Positions 7,351-16,232 of a DNA stretch of 17,725 bases are shown piece after piece. This DNA comes from Methanotrichaceae archaeon. GTDB taxonomy: Archaea; Halobacteriota; Methanosarcinia; Methanotrichales; Methanotrichaceae. The DNA lies in NCBI GenBank assembly GCA_963754945.1, contig CAVWIG010000001.1:1-17725 (forward strand), in the 5' to 3' direction. How positions within the stretch are numbered: the stretch's first letter is position 1; each line of letters begins with the position of its first letter. The notes below the pieces were generated by a model, which was not told where the DNA came from, did not search any database, and was given only the letters and a program-made list of their open reading frames with translations. A program made the position numbers and the translations under genes.

Positions 7351-7752
7351 ATGGCCGGCGAACCGATGGCAGTGGATTATTATATACCACTTATTATATT
7401 CATGATAATGGGAGCTATCGTGCCCATAGCGGCTTTAGCGGCTATCAAGATCATAGCACCTCTGAAGCCGAGCCGCAAGAAACGATCTACCTATGAAGGT
7501 GGACTGTGTCCCGTCCGCGACGCTAAGATCCAATACAGTGTTCAATACTACCTGTTCGCAATCGTTTTTGTGATATTCGATGTTGAGGTTCTTTTCTTAT
7601 ACCCTTGGATCTATGTCTACGCGAATAAGGCCCTGCAGCAGTTCATGGTCTTCGGGATGAACAGTGCCGTCTTCGAGATGCTCCTATTCATCGTTGTACT
7701 GCTTGTTGGATTGCTCTATGCTGTTAAGAAGGAGGCTTTGCGTTGGGTATAA
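7351..7752 (+). CDS. fpoA: Fpo / complex I-like subunit A
   Basis: Three TM helices; STYEGG, YYLFAIVFVIFDVEVLFLYPW and ALRW motifs. ATG 7351 has a GGAGG SD and is preferred over 7291. Confidence 0.93.
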   Translation: MAGEPMAVDYYIPLIIFMIMGAIVPIAALAAIKIIAPLKPSRKKRSTYEGGLCPVRDAKIQYSVQYYLFAIVFVIFDVEVLFLYPWIYVYANKALQQFMVFGMNSAVFEMLLFIVVLLVGLLYAVKKEALRWV

Positions 7753-8315
7753 GCGATGTCATACCCGTGCCCGTGGTTGTTGACGAAGAGATCTCGAAGT
7801 GGACGATCTTCGGCCAGCCTGTGGCTGATGTCTGGTTTACAACTACGGAGAAGATCCATCAGATCATCGAGATGGGGCCCATAAAGAACATCTTTAACTG
7901 GGGCAGAAAGAACTCGGTGTACTTTTTGATGCAGCCCATGGGATGCTGCGGTGTTGAGATGTTCGTCTTCGGAGCAGCGCCCTACGACTGCACCAGGTTT
8001 GGGTGCATGCCGAGAAACACACCGCGCCAAACTGATGTGATGATCATCTCCGGCTACATCACAAGAAAGTACCTGCCGGTCATCAAGAACCTCTGGGAGC
8101 AGATGGTGGAGCCAAAATGGTGCATCGCCATAGGGGAGTGCGCAATATCTGGAGGACCCTTCTACGATTCCTACAACATCATCCAGAACACTGCCGATTA
8201 CTTCCCCATCGACGTCTTCGTCCCCGGATGCCCCCCCAGGCCAGAGCAGTTCCTAGAGGCCCTAATGAACCTCCAGGAGAAGATCAAGCAGCGTAAAGAC
8301 AAGCGAGGCTACTAA
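7743..8315 (+). CDS. fpoB: Fpo subunit B (NuoB-like, N2 [4Fe-4S] cluster)
   Basis: GCCGVEM, TPRQTD, IGECAISGG and PGCPPRPE motifs; TTG start with GGAGG at 7731-7735. Confidence 0.95.
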   Translation: MGISDVIPVPVVVDEEISKWTIFGQPVADVWFTTTEKIHQIIEMGPIKNIFNWGRKNSVYFLMQPMGCCGVEMFVFGAAPYDCTRFGCMPRNTPRQTDVMIISGYITRKYLPVIKNLWEQMVEPKWCIAIGECAISGGPFYDSYNIIQNTADYFPIDVFVPGCPPRPEQFLEALMNLQEKIKQRKDKRGY

Positions 8316-8330
8316 AGGAGGGGTCTTTTC

Positions 8331-10043
8331 TTGACTACTGCAAGCGATGTCTTAAGCTCCGTCCAGTCTGCCTTCCCTGGAGCAGTTTTGGAGTCCAGGG
8401 TTGAGTCGGACCGGAGGCTGTGGGCCACCATCGAATCCAACAGTATAGTAGACGTCTGCAAACACCTGAGCGAAAAGCTGAACTTCGACCACTACTCCGG
8501 CGCTGCCGGCGTGGATTGGATCGCCAGGAAAGAGATGGAGGTCGTGGAGATCATGGCCAGCCACGGTGCCCATCAGGTCGTTGCCATGCTCAAGTCCAAG
8601 ACGCCACGGGAAAACCCGTCGGTGAAATCCCTCGCCAATCTCTACTGGAACGCTAATTGGTACGAGCGCGAGATATGGGAGATGTTCGGCATCAACTTCG
8701 AGGGCCACCCAGGGCTCTACCCCTTGCTATTGGGTGACGAGCTAGTGGGGGTTTGGCCTTGGAGGAAGGACTTCAAGGGCTATCCCGATCTGACCACCGG
8801 CCAGAGGGCTGTCGAGCGGCCTACATCCGAGGGATACACTGAGTATTTCATACCGCCGACGCCTGCCGAGATTGAGGCGGGCACCGTCCCGAAGGAGAAG
8901 CCAAAATATCCATCCTTCAGAGAGCGGGAGGAGAAGGAGATCAAGTCCGACTCAGAGATGATCATGCACATGGGCCCCCAGCATGCCATGCTTCCGGGAC
9001 CTTTTCTCCTGGACATCCTAGTAGAGGGAGAAAGGGTTCACAAGGCCTTCCTCGATATGGGCTACATCCACAAAGGCATCGAGAAGATCATGGAGAACAG
9101 GACCTGGCTCCAGGGGTTGACATATACCGACAGAATGTGCTATGTGGCCTCCCTTTCCAACAACGAGTGCTATTGCGGGGCTATTGAGAGGATCCTGGGC
9201 CTGGAGGTTCCACTGAGGGCACAGTACATCCGGGTCATCCTTGAGGAGCTCTCTAGGATTCAGAGCCACCTGATAGGAACAGGCGAGTTCATGACCCTGA
9301 TTGCAGGTGTCGGTTATGCTCCGTGGAACTTCATGATCATCGACAGGGAGAGCATCATCTCTCTGATAGAGAGTGTCACAGGAGCAAGGCTGACCCACAC
9401 TTTCGTGCGCTTCGGCGGGGTCCGAAACGACCTCCCAGAAGGTTTCAGCGATAAGTGCAGGAGCGCCCTCAAGTACATCGAGTCCAGGACCAAGGAGTAC
9501 ATCGAGCTCTTCGATCAGGACCCAATCTACCACATGAGGATGGAGAATATAGGCGTCCTTTCCCCCGATACTGCAAAGCGCGTTGGCATATCGGGGCCAC
9601 CGCTTCGGGCCGCTGGCGTTGCCTACGACATGAGGAAGGAGGACCCCATACTGGTCTACCCCGATCTGGACTTCAAGGTAGTAACCGGTACGAGGGGTGA
9701 CTCTGCAGACAGGATCGATGTAAGGCTTCGAGAGATTCTGGAGAGCATCCACATCATAGAGCAGTGTCTGGACAGGATACCTGCCGGACCGATCAAGACG
9801 GAGACGAAGGTGCCAAAGAAGATCCCGGCAGGAGAGGCCTACTACAGGGTTGAGGACCCCCGGGGAGAGATGGGCATGTACGTGATCAGCGACGGTGGCG
9901 ACAAGCCCTACCGGGTGAAGGTCCGTGGACCTGTCTACGCCACACTGCAGACGCTGCCTCCGCTTCTCGAAGGTGTCTACATAGCGGATGCTGTTGCCAT
10001 TGCGGGCAGCATGGACGGCTGTCCATCCGAGGCGGACAGATAG
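8331..10043 (+). CDS. fpoCD: Fused Fpo subunit C/D (NuoCD-like)
   Basis: N-terminal NuoC motifs (ANWYEREIWEMFGINFEGHP), then NuoD motifs (MGPQH, GYIHKGIEK, DRMCY, ELSRIQSHL, EDPRGE, EADR end). Confidence 0.93.
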   Translation: MTTASDVLSSVQSAFPGAVLESRVESDRRLWATIESNSIVDVCKHLSEKLNFDHYSGAAGVDWIARKEMEVVEIMASHGAHQVVAMLKSKTPRENPSVKSLANLYWNANWYEREIWEMFGINFEGHPGLYPLLLGDELVGVWPWRKDFKGYPDLTTGQRAVERPTSEGYTEYFIPPTPAEIEAGTVPKEKPKYPSFREREEKEIKSDSEMIMHMGPQHAMLPGPFLLDILVEGERVHKAFLDMGYIHKGIEKIMENRTWLQGLTYTDRMCYVASLSNNECYCGAIERILGLEVPLRAQYIRVILEELSRIQSHLIGTGEFMTLIAGVGYAPWNFMIIDRESIISLIESVTGARLTHTFVRFGGVRNDLPEGFSDKCRSALKYIESRTKEYIELFDQDPIYHMRMENIGVLSPDTAKRVGISGPPLRAAGVAYDMRKEDPILVYPDLDFKVVTGTRGDSADRIDVRLREILESIHIIEQCLDRIPAGPIKTETKVPKKIPAGEAYYRVEDPRGEMGMYVISDGGDKPYRVKVRGPVYATLQTLPPLLEGVYIADAVAIAGSMDGCPSEADR

Positions 10044-10055
10044 GAGGGAGAGGAT

Positions 10056-11108
10056 TTGGACGGAATAATTGAAGCTATCAGTTCGTTTGCGTCTGCGGAG
10101 CCCGCGATCTATTATCTGATCATAGGCATCATAGGCGCGGTTGTGCTCTCTGCCGTCGTCAACATAGGGGCCATGTACGTGATCTGGCTAGAGGTTAAGC
10201 TGTTAGGAGATTTCTCTGCCAGGTACGGCCCCAACCGTGTGGGCGGCAGATGGGGTCTGCTTCAGATAGTCGCAGATGCGATCAAGCTCTTCACAAAAGA
10301 GGACAGCATCCCTGCCAACGCTGATAAGCCGGTCTATGTTTGGGCGCCTATCGTTGCCTCCATGGCCACAATGCTTGTCGCTGCTGCAATACCCTTCGGC
10401 GCTCTGTATTTCAACGGAAAGTACTACCCGCTGGTTGTAGCCAACATGGACATAAGCGCCTTCTACGTCGAGGCGGCTCTAAGCCTACTGGTCATTGCTG
10501 CCTTCATGGCAGGCTACAGCTCCAACAACAAGTACTCGCTTTTAGGGGCTTTCCGAGGCATCGCCAGGATGATCAGCTACGAAGTGCCGATGGGCGTTTG
10601 CGTCATCTCTGTGGCAATTATGGCCCACAGCCTGAACCTGGCAGAGATAGCCCAGAACCAGACACTGTGGTACGCCTTTGCCCAGCCTCTGGGATTCGGT
10701 ATCTTCATTGTAGCCCTCATAACTGACTTGGGAAGAATCCCCTTCGACCAGAGCGAGGCTGAAGAGGAGATCATCTGCGGTTATACGACAGAGTACGGCG
10801 GTATCAGGTGGGGCCTGATCCTCTTCCAGGAGTACAACAACATGCTTCTGGGCTCCATTCTGCTGACATTGCTCTTCCTGGGCGGATGGGCCGGACCCAT
10901 AATACCGGTACCTGGTCTGAGCATCATCTCGCCTCTGATCTGGATGTTCATGAAGGTTGTAATAGTGCTGTGGTTCCTGATCTGGACCAGGAGTGCTCTG
11001 CTGAGGCTGAGGATAGACCAGGTAACAGACCTGGGATGGAAGGTACTGCTGCCCTTGTCAATTGTCAACCTGGCGTGGGCTGTAGTTGTAGGATCATACT
11101 TCGCATGA
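10056..11108 (+). CDS. fpoH: Fpo subunit H (NuoH-like)
   Basis: RYGPNRVG, ADAIKLFTKE, SNNKYSLLG, ISYE, RIPFD.SEAEEE and RLRIDQ motifs. Confidence 0.95.
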   Translation: MDGIIEAISSFASAEPAIYYLIIGIIGAVVLSAVVNIGAMYVIWLEVKLLGDFSARYGPNRVGGRWGLLQIVADAIKLFTKEDSIPANADKPVYVWAPIVASMATMLVAAAIPFGALYFNGKYYPLVVANMDISAFYVEAALSLLVIAAFMAGYSSNNKYSLLGAFRGIARMISYEVPMGVCVISVAIMAHSLNLAEIAQNQTLWYAFAQPLGFGIFIVALITDLGRIPFDQSEAEEEIICGYTTEYGGIRWGLILFQEYNNMLLGSILLTLLFLGGWAGPIIPVPGLSIISPLIWMFMKVVIVLWFLIWTRSALLRLRIDQVTDLGWKVLLPLSIVNLAWAVVVGSYFA

Positions 11109-11120
11109 GGTGGCATTGAG

Positions 11121-11750
11121 ATGTTGAAGAGAAAGATGTTGAAGAACTGGGGCTGGCCCTTGAAGGTCGCAACCCGAGGGACCGAGGTCACCAGGCTCTA
11201 TCCAGAGGTGATGATGGAGCTGCCTGCGGCTGAGCGCGGCATTCACGAGCTGGATGCCACCACATGCATTGGGTGTGCGTCCTGTGCAAGGATATGTCCA
11301 AACACCTGCATAGAGATGGTCACCTACAAGTTCGGAAGCCCCCTGAAGAACAAGAAGATGCAGTATCCCCAGATAGACTACGGCAGGTGCATGTTCTGCG
11401 GTCTGTGTGTCGATGAGTGTCCTGCGGAGTGCCTGAAGATGGGAAAGAAAGTGACCATGGCAGGCTGGGAGAGAGAGGACATCGTTCGGGGACCGGATAA
11501 GCTGGCGATCAAGAAGTTCACAGCGAAAGAGGCTGCTGAGCTTGCGGCCGAGGCCAAGAGGATCGCTGCGGAGAAAGCAGCTGCAGCGGCGGCCAAGAAG
11601 AAGGCCGCCGCAAAGGAAGGCGCTCCTGCCGAGGGTGGCGCGAAGAAGGTAGCCAAGAATGAAGGGGCCGAGGGCAAGCCGCTCAAGAAGGCGGTAGCCA
11701 AAGAGGGAGAGAACAAAGAGGCAAAGCTCACTGAGGGAGGTGCTTCTTGA
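11121..11750 (+). CDS. fpoI: Fpo subunit I (2x[4Fe-4S]) with long Lys/Ala/Glu-rich C-terminal extension
   Basis: CIGCASCARICP and CMFCGLCVDECP motifs; low-complexity tail of about 80 aa. Confidence 0.95.
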   Translation: MLKRKMLKNWGWPLKVATRGTEVTRLYPEVMMELPAAERGIHELDATTCIGCASCARICPNTCIEMVTYKFGSPLKNKKMQYPQIDYGRCMFCGLCVDECPAECLKMGKKVTMAGWEREDIVRGPDKLAIKKFTAKEAAELAAEAKRIAAEKAAAAAAKKKAAAKEGAPAEGGAKKVAKNEGAEGKPLKKAVAKEGENKEAKLTEGGAS

Positions 11751-12175
11751 TGGCGGAATCCGAAAAGAACGTCATAAAGACCATCTTCGAGCTGATAGTC
11801 CTTTTATTCGCACTCGGAGTGATCTTTGGCGGCCTGGCGGCAATCGTGTTCTTATCGCCCTGGTCAAGGACGATCCTGAGCAAGTTGCTCGCTTACGATA
11901 TCAGGTTCTTCATAGAGCTGTTCGTCTACTTCGCCATTGCTGCGGTAATTGTGCTGCTATCGGTTCTTACAGTCTACTCCAAGAACATCGTTCACAGCGC
12001 TCTGTATCTTCTGGGAACCTTTGCAGGCGTGGCTGCGCTGTACATATCCTTGAACGCTCCATTCCTCGGAGTTGCCCAGATTCTTGTTTACATCGGAGCT
12101 GTAGGAGTACTGATCCTGTTCGCAGTGATGCTCACGAGGAGATCTATCATGGAGGAATCCCGTGGTGAAATATAA
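11750..12175 (+). CDS. fpoJ1: Fpo subunit J, N-terminal part (J1)
   Basis: NIVHSALYL, LNAPFLGVAQILVYIGAVGVLILFAVMLT; TGATG overlap with fpoI and GGAGGTG SD. Confidence 0.9.
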   Translation: MAESEKNVIKTIFELIVLLFALGVIFGGLAAIVFLSPWSRTILSKLLAYDIRFFIELFVYFAIAAVIVLLSVLTVYSKNIVHSALYLLGTFAGVAALYISLNAPFLGVAQILVYIGAVGVLILFAVMLTRRSIMEESRGEI

Positions 12176-12443
12176 AGTTGTAATCTTAACCCTGGCCTTC
12201 CTGGCTGCACTCTTCGCATCGCTCTCTGTTACCAACTGGGAGCAAGGGCAGGGCGAAAAACAGCCTTATTCCTATCAGCCCAGGGAGGGGACTAGGATGG
12301 CGGAGAGCGGCATAGGCAACATAGGGTTGCAGATCTTCACCACCTACTTTTTCCCCTTTGAAGTCCTGGCCCTGGTGCTAACCGCAGCGCTGGTTGGAGC
12401 GGTGTACGTCGCCAGAAAAGAAGCTGTTTCGGGAGGGAGTTAA
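12162..12443 (+). CDS. fpoJ2: Fpo subunit J, C-terminal part (J2)
   Basis: [33 protein letters not shown] is the NuoJ C-terminal signature; GTG start with GGAGG SD. Confidence 0.88.
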   Translation: MVKYKVVILTLAFLAALFASLSVTNWEQGQGEKQPYSYQPREGTRMAESGIGNIGLQIFTTYFFPFEVLALVLTAALVGAVYVARKEAVSGGS

Positions 12444-12465
12444 AAATGAGGAGGGAGTTGCACTT

Positions 12466-12768
12466 ATGATACCGGTGGAGCTTTACATACTGCTTGCCTC
12501 CATCATGTTCACTATAGGCCTTTACGGCCTGGTGACCCAACGAAACGGTATCAAGCTGATGATGTGCATTGAGCTTCTGCTCAACAGCGCCAACATCAAC
12601 CTGGTAGCCTTCTCCGCAAACCAGCCTAACGTTGACGGGCAGGTCTTTGCCCTGTTTTCCATTGCGCTGGCCGCTGCGGAGGCTGGAGTTGGGTTCGCCA
12701 TACTGATCTCGCTGTACAGGCTGTATGGGACCATTGACCTTGACAACATAAACGCCCTGAGGTGGTGA
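12466..12768 (+). CDS. fpoK: Fpo subunit K
   Basis: 100 aa from ATG 12466 (SD GAGGAGGG); [19 protein letters not shown] and AAAEAGVG motifs. Confidence 0.95.
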   Translation: MIPVELYILLASIMFTIGLYGLVTQRNGIKLMMCIELLLNSANINLVAFSANQPNVDGQVFALFSIALAAAEAGVGFAILISLYRLYGTIDLDNINALRW

Positions 12769-12770
12769 AG

Positions 12771-14732
12771 ATGTACGCCGATTATGCTTACCTGATTGTA
12801 GCAATGCCAGTTCTGGCATTCGTGCTGTGCATCTTCTTCGGATGGCACCTGCCCAAGGGCGGAGGATTCTTCACTGTCCTCGCCACCTTCGGCGGCCTGA
12901 TACTGTCTCTCGGAATCTTCAAGGAGATCTACCCGGGCGAGATAGTACACCAGTCAATGCCGTGGTTTGCCAATTTCAACGTGGGAATTCTGATAGATCC
13001 ACTGGCAATAGTGATGCTTCTGATGGTCACTTTCGTGGTCACTCTGATCCACACCTATGCCCTGGGGTACATGGACGGCGATCCAGGCGCAGCACGTTAC
13101 TTCGCTGAGGCTGCCCTTTTCACGGCGGCCATGCTTGGGTTGATCTACTCAGACAACCTGCTTCAGCTCTTCATATTCTGGGAGCTTGTAGGTCTATGCT
13201 CGTTCCTTCTCATCGGGTTCTGGTACAGGAAGCCCTCGGCTGCAGCAGCGGCCAAGAAGGCTTTCCTGACGACGCGTGTAGGAGACGTTCTGTTCCTGGC
13301 GGCATTAGTTCTGCTGTACAACAACCTGGCCAGCCTGAACCTGACATTGAAACCGGGCGAGTACCTGCTCCAGTTCCCAGTGATCTACGCACACATTGCC
13401 CAGATCCCGCCCACTCAGCTAACTTTCATAGCGTTGTGTCTGCTGGGTGGTGCCGTTGGTAAGTCAGGTCAGTTCCCCCTGCACGTCTGGCTTCCAGACG
13501 CCATGGAAGGGCCAACAACCGTCTCGGCCATGATCCATGCGGCGACGATGGTTACAGCAGGTGTCTACCTGGTTGCCAGAATGTTCCCGCTCTTCTATGC
13601 AGCCCCTAACGCATTGACGGTAGTGGCCCTCATAGGAGCTTTCACGGGACTGTTCGCAGCCACAATGGGACTGACAGCCTTCGATATCAAGAGGGTCCTG
13701 GCATTCTCGACCGTTTCTCAGCTTGGATTCATGATGGCCGGACTGGGAGTCGGGGCGGCAGTAGGGGTCGCAGCCGTGGGAGTTTCAATCTTCCACCTCA
13801 TAGGCCACTCATTCTTCAAGGCCCTGCTCTTCCTCTGCTCAGGATCGGTGATCCACGCCGTTGGGACGAACGATATGCGAGAGATGGGCGGCGTAGGCAA
13901 GTACATGAAGTGGACTGCCTACACGATGCTGATAGGCTCGCTCTCTCTGGCTGGGTTCCCCTTGTTCACTGGATTCTTCAGCAAGGACGAGATCATCAAG
14001 ATCGCCTACGAGTACGGAGTCCAGATCAACTACCTGCCTTATCTCATGCTGATCTGTGCGGCCACACTGACCGCCATCTACACCTTCAGGCTTTGGTTCG
14101 TCGCTTTCACCGGCGAGCCGAGGTCCGACTATCACAAGCATGAGTCACCATGGATAATGATCGGTCCGCTTGTGCTCCTGGCAGTGTTCGCCCTGGGATT
14201 CGGATTCTTTGCCCAGAGCGGGTTCTATCAGTACCTGGACACCAACTTCGAGCATTACGGTGTCGACTTCCATGCGCTGGGTGTCATAGGAGGACACATA
14301 TCAGAGGCCGGCGCAGCCGGGGGAGAAGGGGCAAGCGAGCCGTTCATCGTCAAGATACTGCCCTACATAATCGCTATAGGCGGAATACTTGTGGCCATGC
14401 TCTTCTACTACTGGCATAAGCTCGACCCAGGCCTGGTGACATCGGAAAGGGACCCAATACGAAGGCTCCTGCTGAAGGGTTACTATCAGCATGAGATCTT
14501 CACCGCCTGGTTTGCTGAGACGGTGGTATACGGAGTTGCCATTCTCTTCAACTTGATCGACATAAAGATCGTGGACGGCGTCTTGAACAAGATTAGCGAG
14601 GTAACCGTTGGATTCGGAGGAAACCTGAGAAAGGTTCAGACGGGAGTAATACAGAACTACATCACTGCCGTAGTACTGGGAATAGTGGTACTCGTGATAG
14701 TGATTGAGATTGGAATGAAGGTGGGATTATGA
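12771..14732 (+). CDS. fpoL: Fpo subunit L (antiporter-like)
   Basis: FWELVGLCSFLLIGFW, GKSGQFPLHVWLPDAMEGPTTVSAMIHAATMV, HSFFKALLFL and QTG.IQNY motifs; ATG 12771 after GAGGTG. Confidence 0.95.
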   Translation: MYADYAYLIVAMPVLAFVLCIFFGWHLPKGGGFFTVLATFGGLILSLGIFKEIYPGEIVHQSMPWFANFNVGILIDPLAIVMLLMVTFVVTLIHTYALGYMDGDPGAARYFAEAALFTAAMLGLIYSDNLLQLFIFWELVGLCSFLLIGFWYRKPSAAAAAKKAFLTTRVGDVLFLAALVLLYNNLASLNLTLKPGEYLLQFPVIYAHIAQIPPTQLTFIALCLLGGAVGKSGQFPLHVWLPDAMEGPTTVSAMIHAATMVTAGVYLVARMFPLFYAAPNALTVVALIGAFTGLFAATMGLTAFDIKRVLAFSTVSQLGFMMAGLGVGAAVGVAAVGVSIFHLIGHSFFKALLFLCSGSVIHAVGTNDMREMGGVGKYMKWTAYTMLIGSLSLAGFPLFTGFFSKDEIIKIAYEYGVQINYLPYLMLICAATLTAIYTFRLWFVAFTGEPRSDYHKHESPWIMIGPLVLLAVFALGFGFFAQSGFYQYLDTNFEHYGVDFHALGVIGGHISEAGAAGGEGASEPFIVKILPYIIAIGGILVAMLFYYWHKLDPGLVTSERDPIRRLLLKGYYQHEIFTAWFAETVVYGVAILFNLIDIKIVDGVLNKISEVTVGFGGNLRKVQTGVIQNYITAVVLGIVVLVIVIEIGMKVGL

Positions 14733-16231
14733 ACTACATATCTTTGATGATCGCCATCCCACTGATCGGAGCGATTATCTCGTTCTTTACAAGGACCAGA
14801 GCCCAGGCGAGGATGGTTGCACTGATAGCATCGCTGGTACCGCTAGCGATCTCTCTGCAGATGTACATGGGGTTCGACAAGACATCCAAGATTATGCAGT
14901 TCGTGGAGAGCTATACTTGGATTCCCTCCATCGGTGTGAAGTACACCGTTGGAGTGGACGGCATTGGCCTTCCTTTGGTGCTGCTCTCAACAATAGTCTC
15001 CGTCCTGGTTATAATATACTCCTGGGGCGAGGACAAGAGGCCCAACCAGTTCTTCGCACTGCTCCTCTTGAACGAGGTTGGAGTGCTTGGAGTCTTCACT
15101 GCCCTTGACTTCTTCCTGTTCTACATCTTCTGGGAGATCGTGCTCATACCCATGTTCTTCCTGATCGGGGTGTGGGGAGGGCCAAGAAAGGACTATGCGG
15201 CAATAAAGTTCTTCATATACACCCACGTGGCGAGCCTTGTGATGCTCCTGGCGATCTTCGCCTTGTACTTCACATACCATATGCCCGACGGGTCGAGGAC
15301 CTTTGACATGCTGACTCTGTTACAGGCAACAGCCGATCCGAAGATCTTCCCGCCTGGCCTCCTGAACATAATCTTTGCCGGGCTTCTGCTGGGGTTCCTG
15401 GTCAAGATGCCTGCGTTCCCCTTCCATACCTGGTTGCCTGACGCTCACGTCGAGGCGCCAACGGCAGGCTCGGTTGTTCTGGCAGCTCTGCTGCTGAAGA
15501 TGGGTGGGTACGGTATATTCAGGGTGATTCTGCCCATCCTACCCCATGTGAACAAAATCTTCGTGACAGTGATTGCCATAATAGCAGTCCTGAGCATAGT
15601 ATACGGAGCGTTCCTGGCATTAGCCCAGAAGGACCTCAAGAAGATGGTGGCTTACTCTTCAGTCAGCCACATGGGCTTTGTAACTCTTGGAGCCGTGGCC
15701 TTCACCTGGATGTCCATTCAGGGTGCCATGTTCCAGCAGTTCTCTCACGGCCTGATAACCTGTGTCCTGTTCATGTCAGCAGGAACCATCCAGCACACAG
15801 TCGGCACGAGGGTCATTGGCGACCTGGGTGGCTTGGCCGACAGGATGCCGAAGTTCGCCTTCCTGATGCTGGCAGGATTCCTGGCATCCCTGGGGTTGCC
15901 GGGCATGAGCGGGTTCGTGGCTGAGTTCATGGTGCTGACAGGATCATACGCAACGCTGCCGGTATTCACCATGATAGTGGTGTTCACAAGCATTGCAGTC
16001 ACTGCCGGTTACCACCTGTGGGCTACTCAGAAGGTCCTGTTTGGGCCCATCCTGAAGAAGTATCTGCAGGTGCACGATGCCCACTCCTACGAGCTGTTCT
16101 CCATGAGCATGATAATACTGCTCGCAATACTCTTCGGTGTTCGGCCCAACCTCATAACGGACATCATGGGCGTTGCCGCCTACCAGGTGATGGGTCCCGT
16201 TGTTACCCTGACCCAGATGGGGGTGATCTGA
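14729..16231 (+). CDS. fpoM: Fpo subunit M (antiporter-like)
   Basis: FYIFWE, VKMPAFPFHTWLPDAHVEAPT, LLKMGGYG, AYSSVSHMG and LGLPGMSGFVAEF motifs; ATGA overlap with fpoL. Confidence 0.95.
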   Translation: MNYISLMIAIPLIGAIISFFTRTRAQARMVALIASLVPLAISLQMYMGFDKTSKIMQFVESYTWIPSIGVKYTVGVDGIGLPLVLLSTIVSVLVIIYSWGEDKRPNQFFALLLLNEVGVLGVFTALDFFLFYIFWEIVLIPMFFLIGVWGGPRKDYAAIKFFIYTHVASLVMLLAIFALYFTYHMPDGSRTFDMLTLLQATADPKIFPPGLLNIIFAGLLLGFLVKMPAFPFHTWLPDAHVEAPTAGSVVLAALLLKMGGYGIFRVILPILPHVNKIFVTVIAIIAVLSIVYGAFLALAQKDLKKMVAYSSVSHMGFVTLGAVAFTWMSIQGAMFQQFSHGLITCVLFMSAGTIQHTVGTRVIGDLGGLADRMPKFAFLMLAGFLASLGLPGMSGFVAEFMVLTGSYATLPVFTMIVVFTSIAVTAGYHLWATQKVLFGPILKKYLQVHDAHSYELFSMSMIILLAILFGVRPNLITDIMGVAAYQVMGPVVTLTQMGVI

Positions 16232-16232
16232 A

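Noticed and set aside
9018-9752. 244-aa antisense ORF and the other short alternative-frame ORFs within the fpo operon
   Set aside because: These are shadow ORFs of GC3-rich, well-supported genes, with no motifs or translation signals.
8331-10043. Group 4 [NiFe]-hydrogenase large subunit (Ech/Mbh)
   Set aside because: Both CxxC nickel motifs are broken (RMCYVAS and DGCPSEADR), and the A/J/K/L/M/N gene set indicates a complex I-like Fpo.
10041-10043. Pyrrolysine read-through of the fpoCD TAG into in-frame fpoH
   Set aside because: EADR is the canonical NuoD C-terminus, fpoH has its own SD, and no pyl evidence is present in the window.
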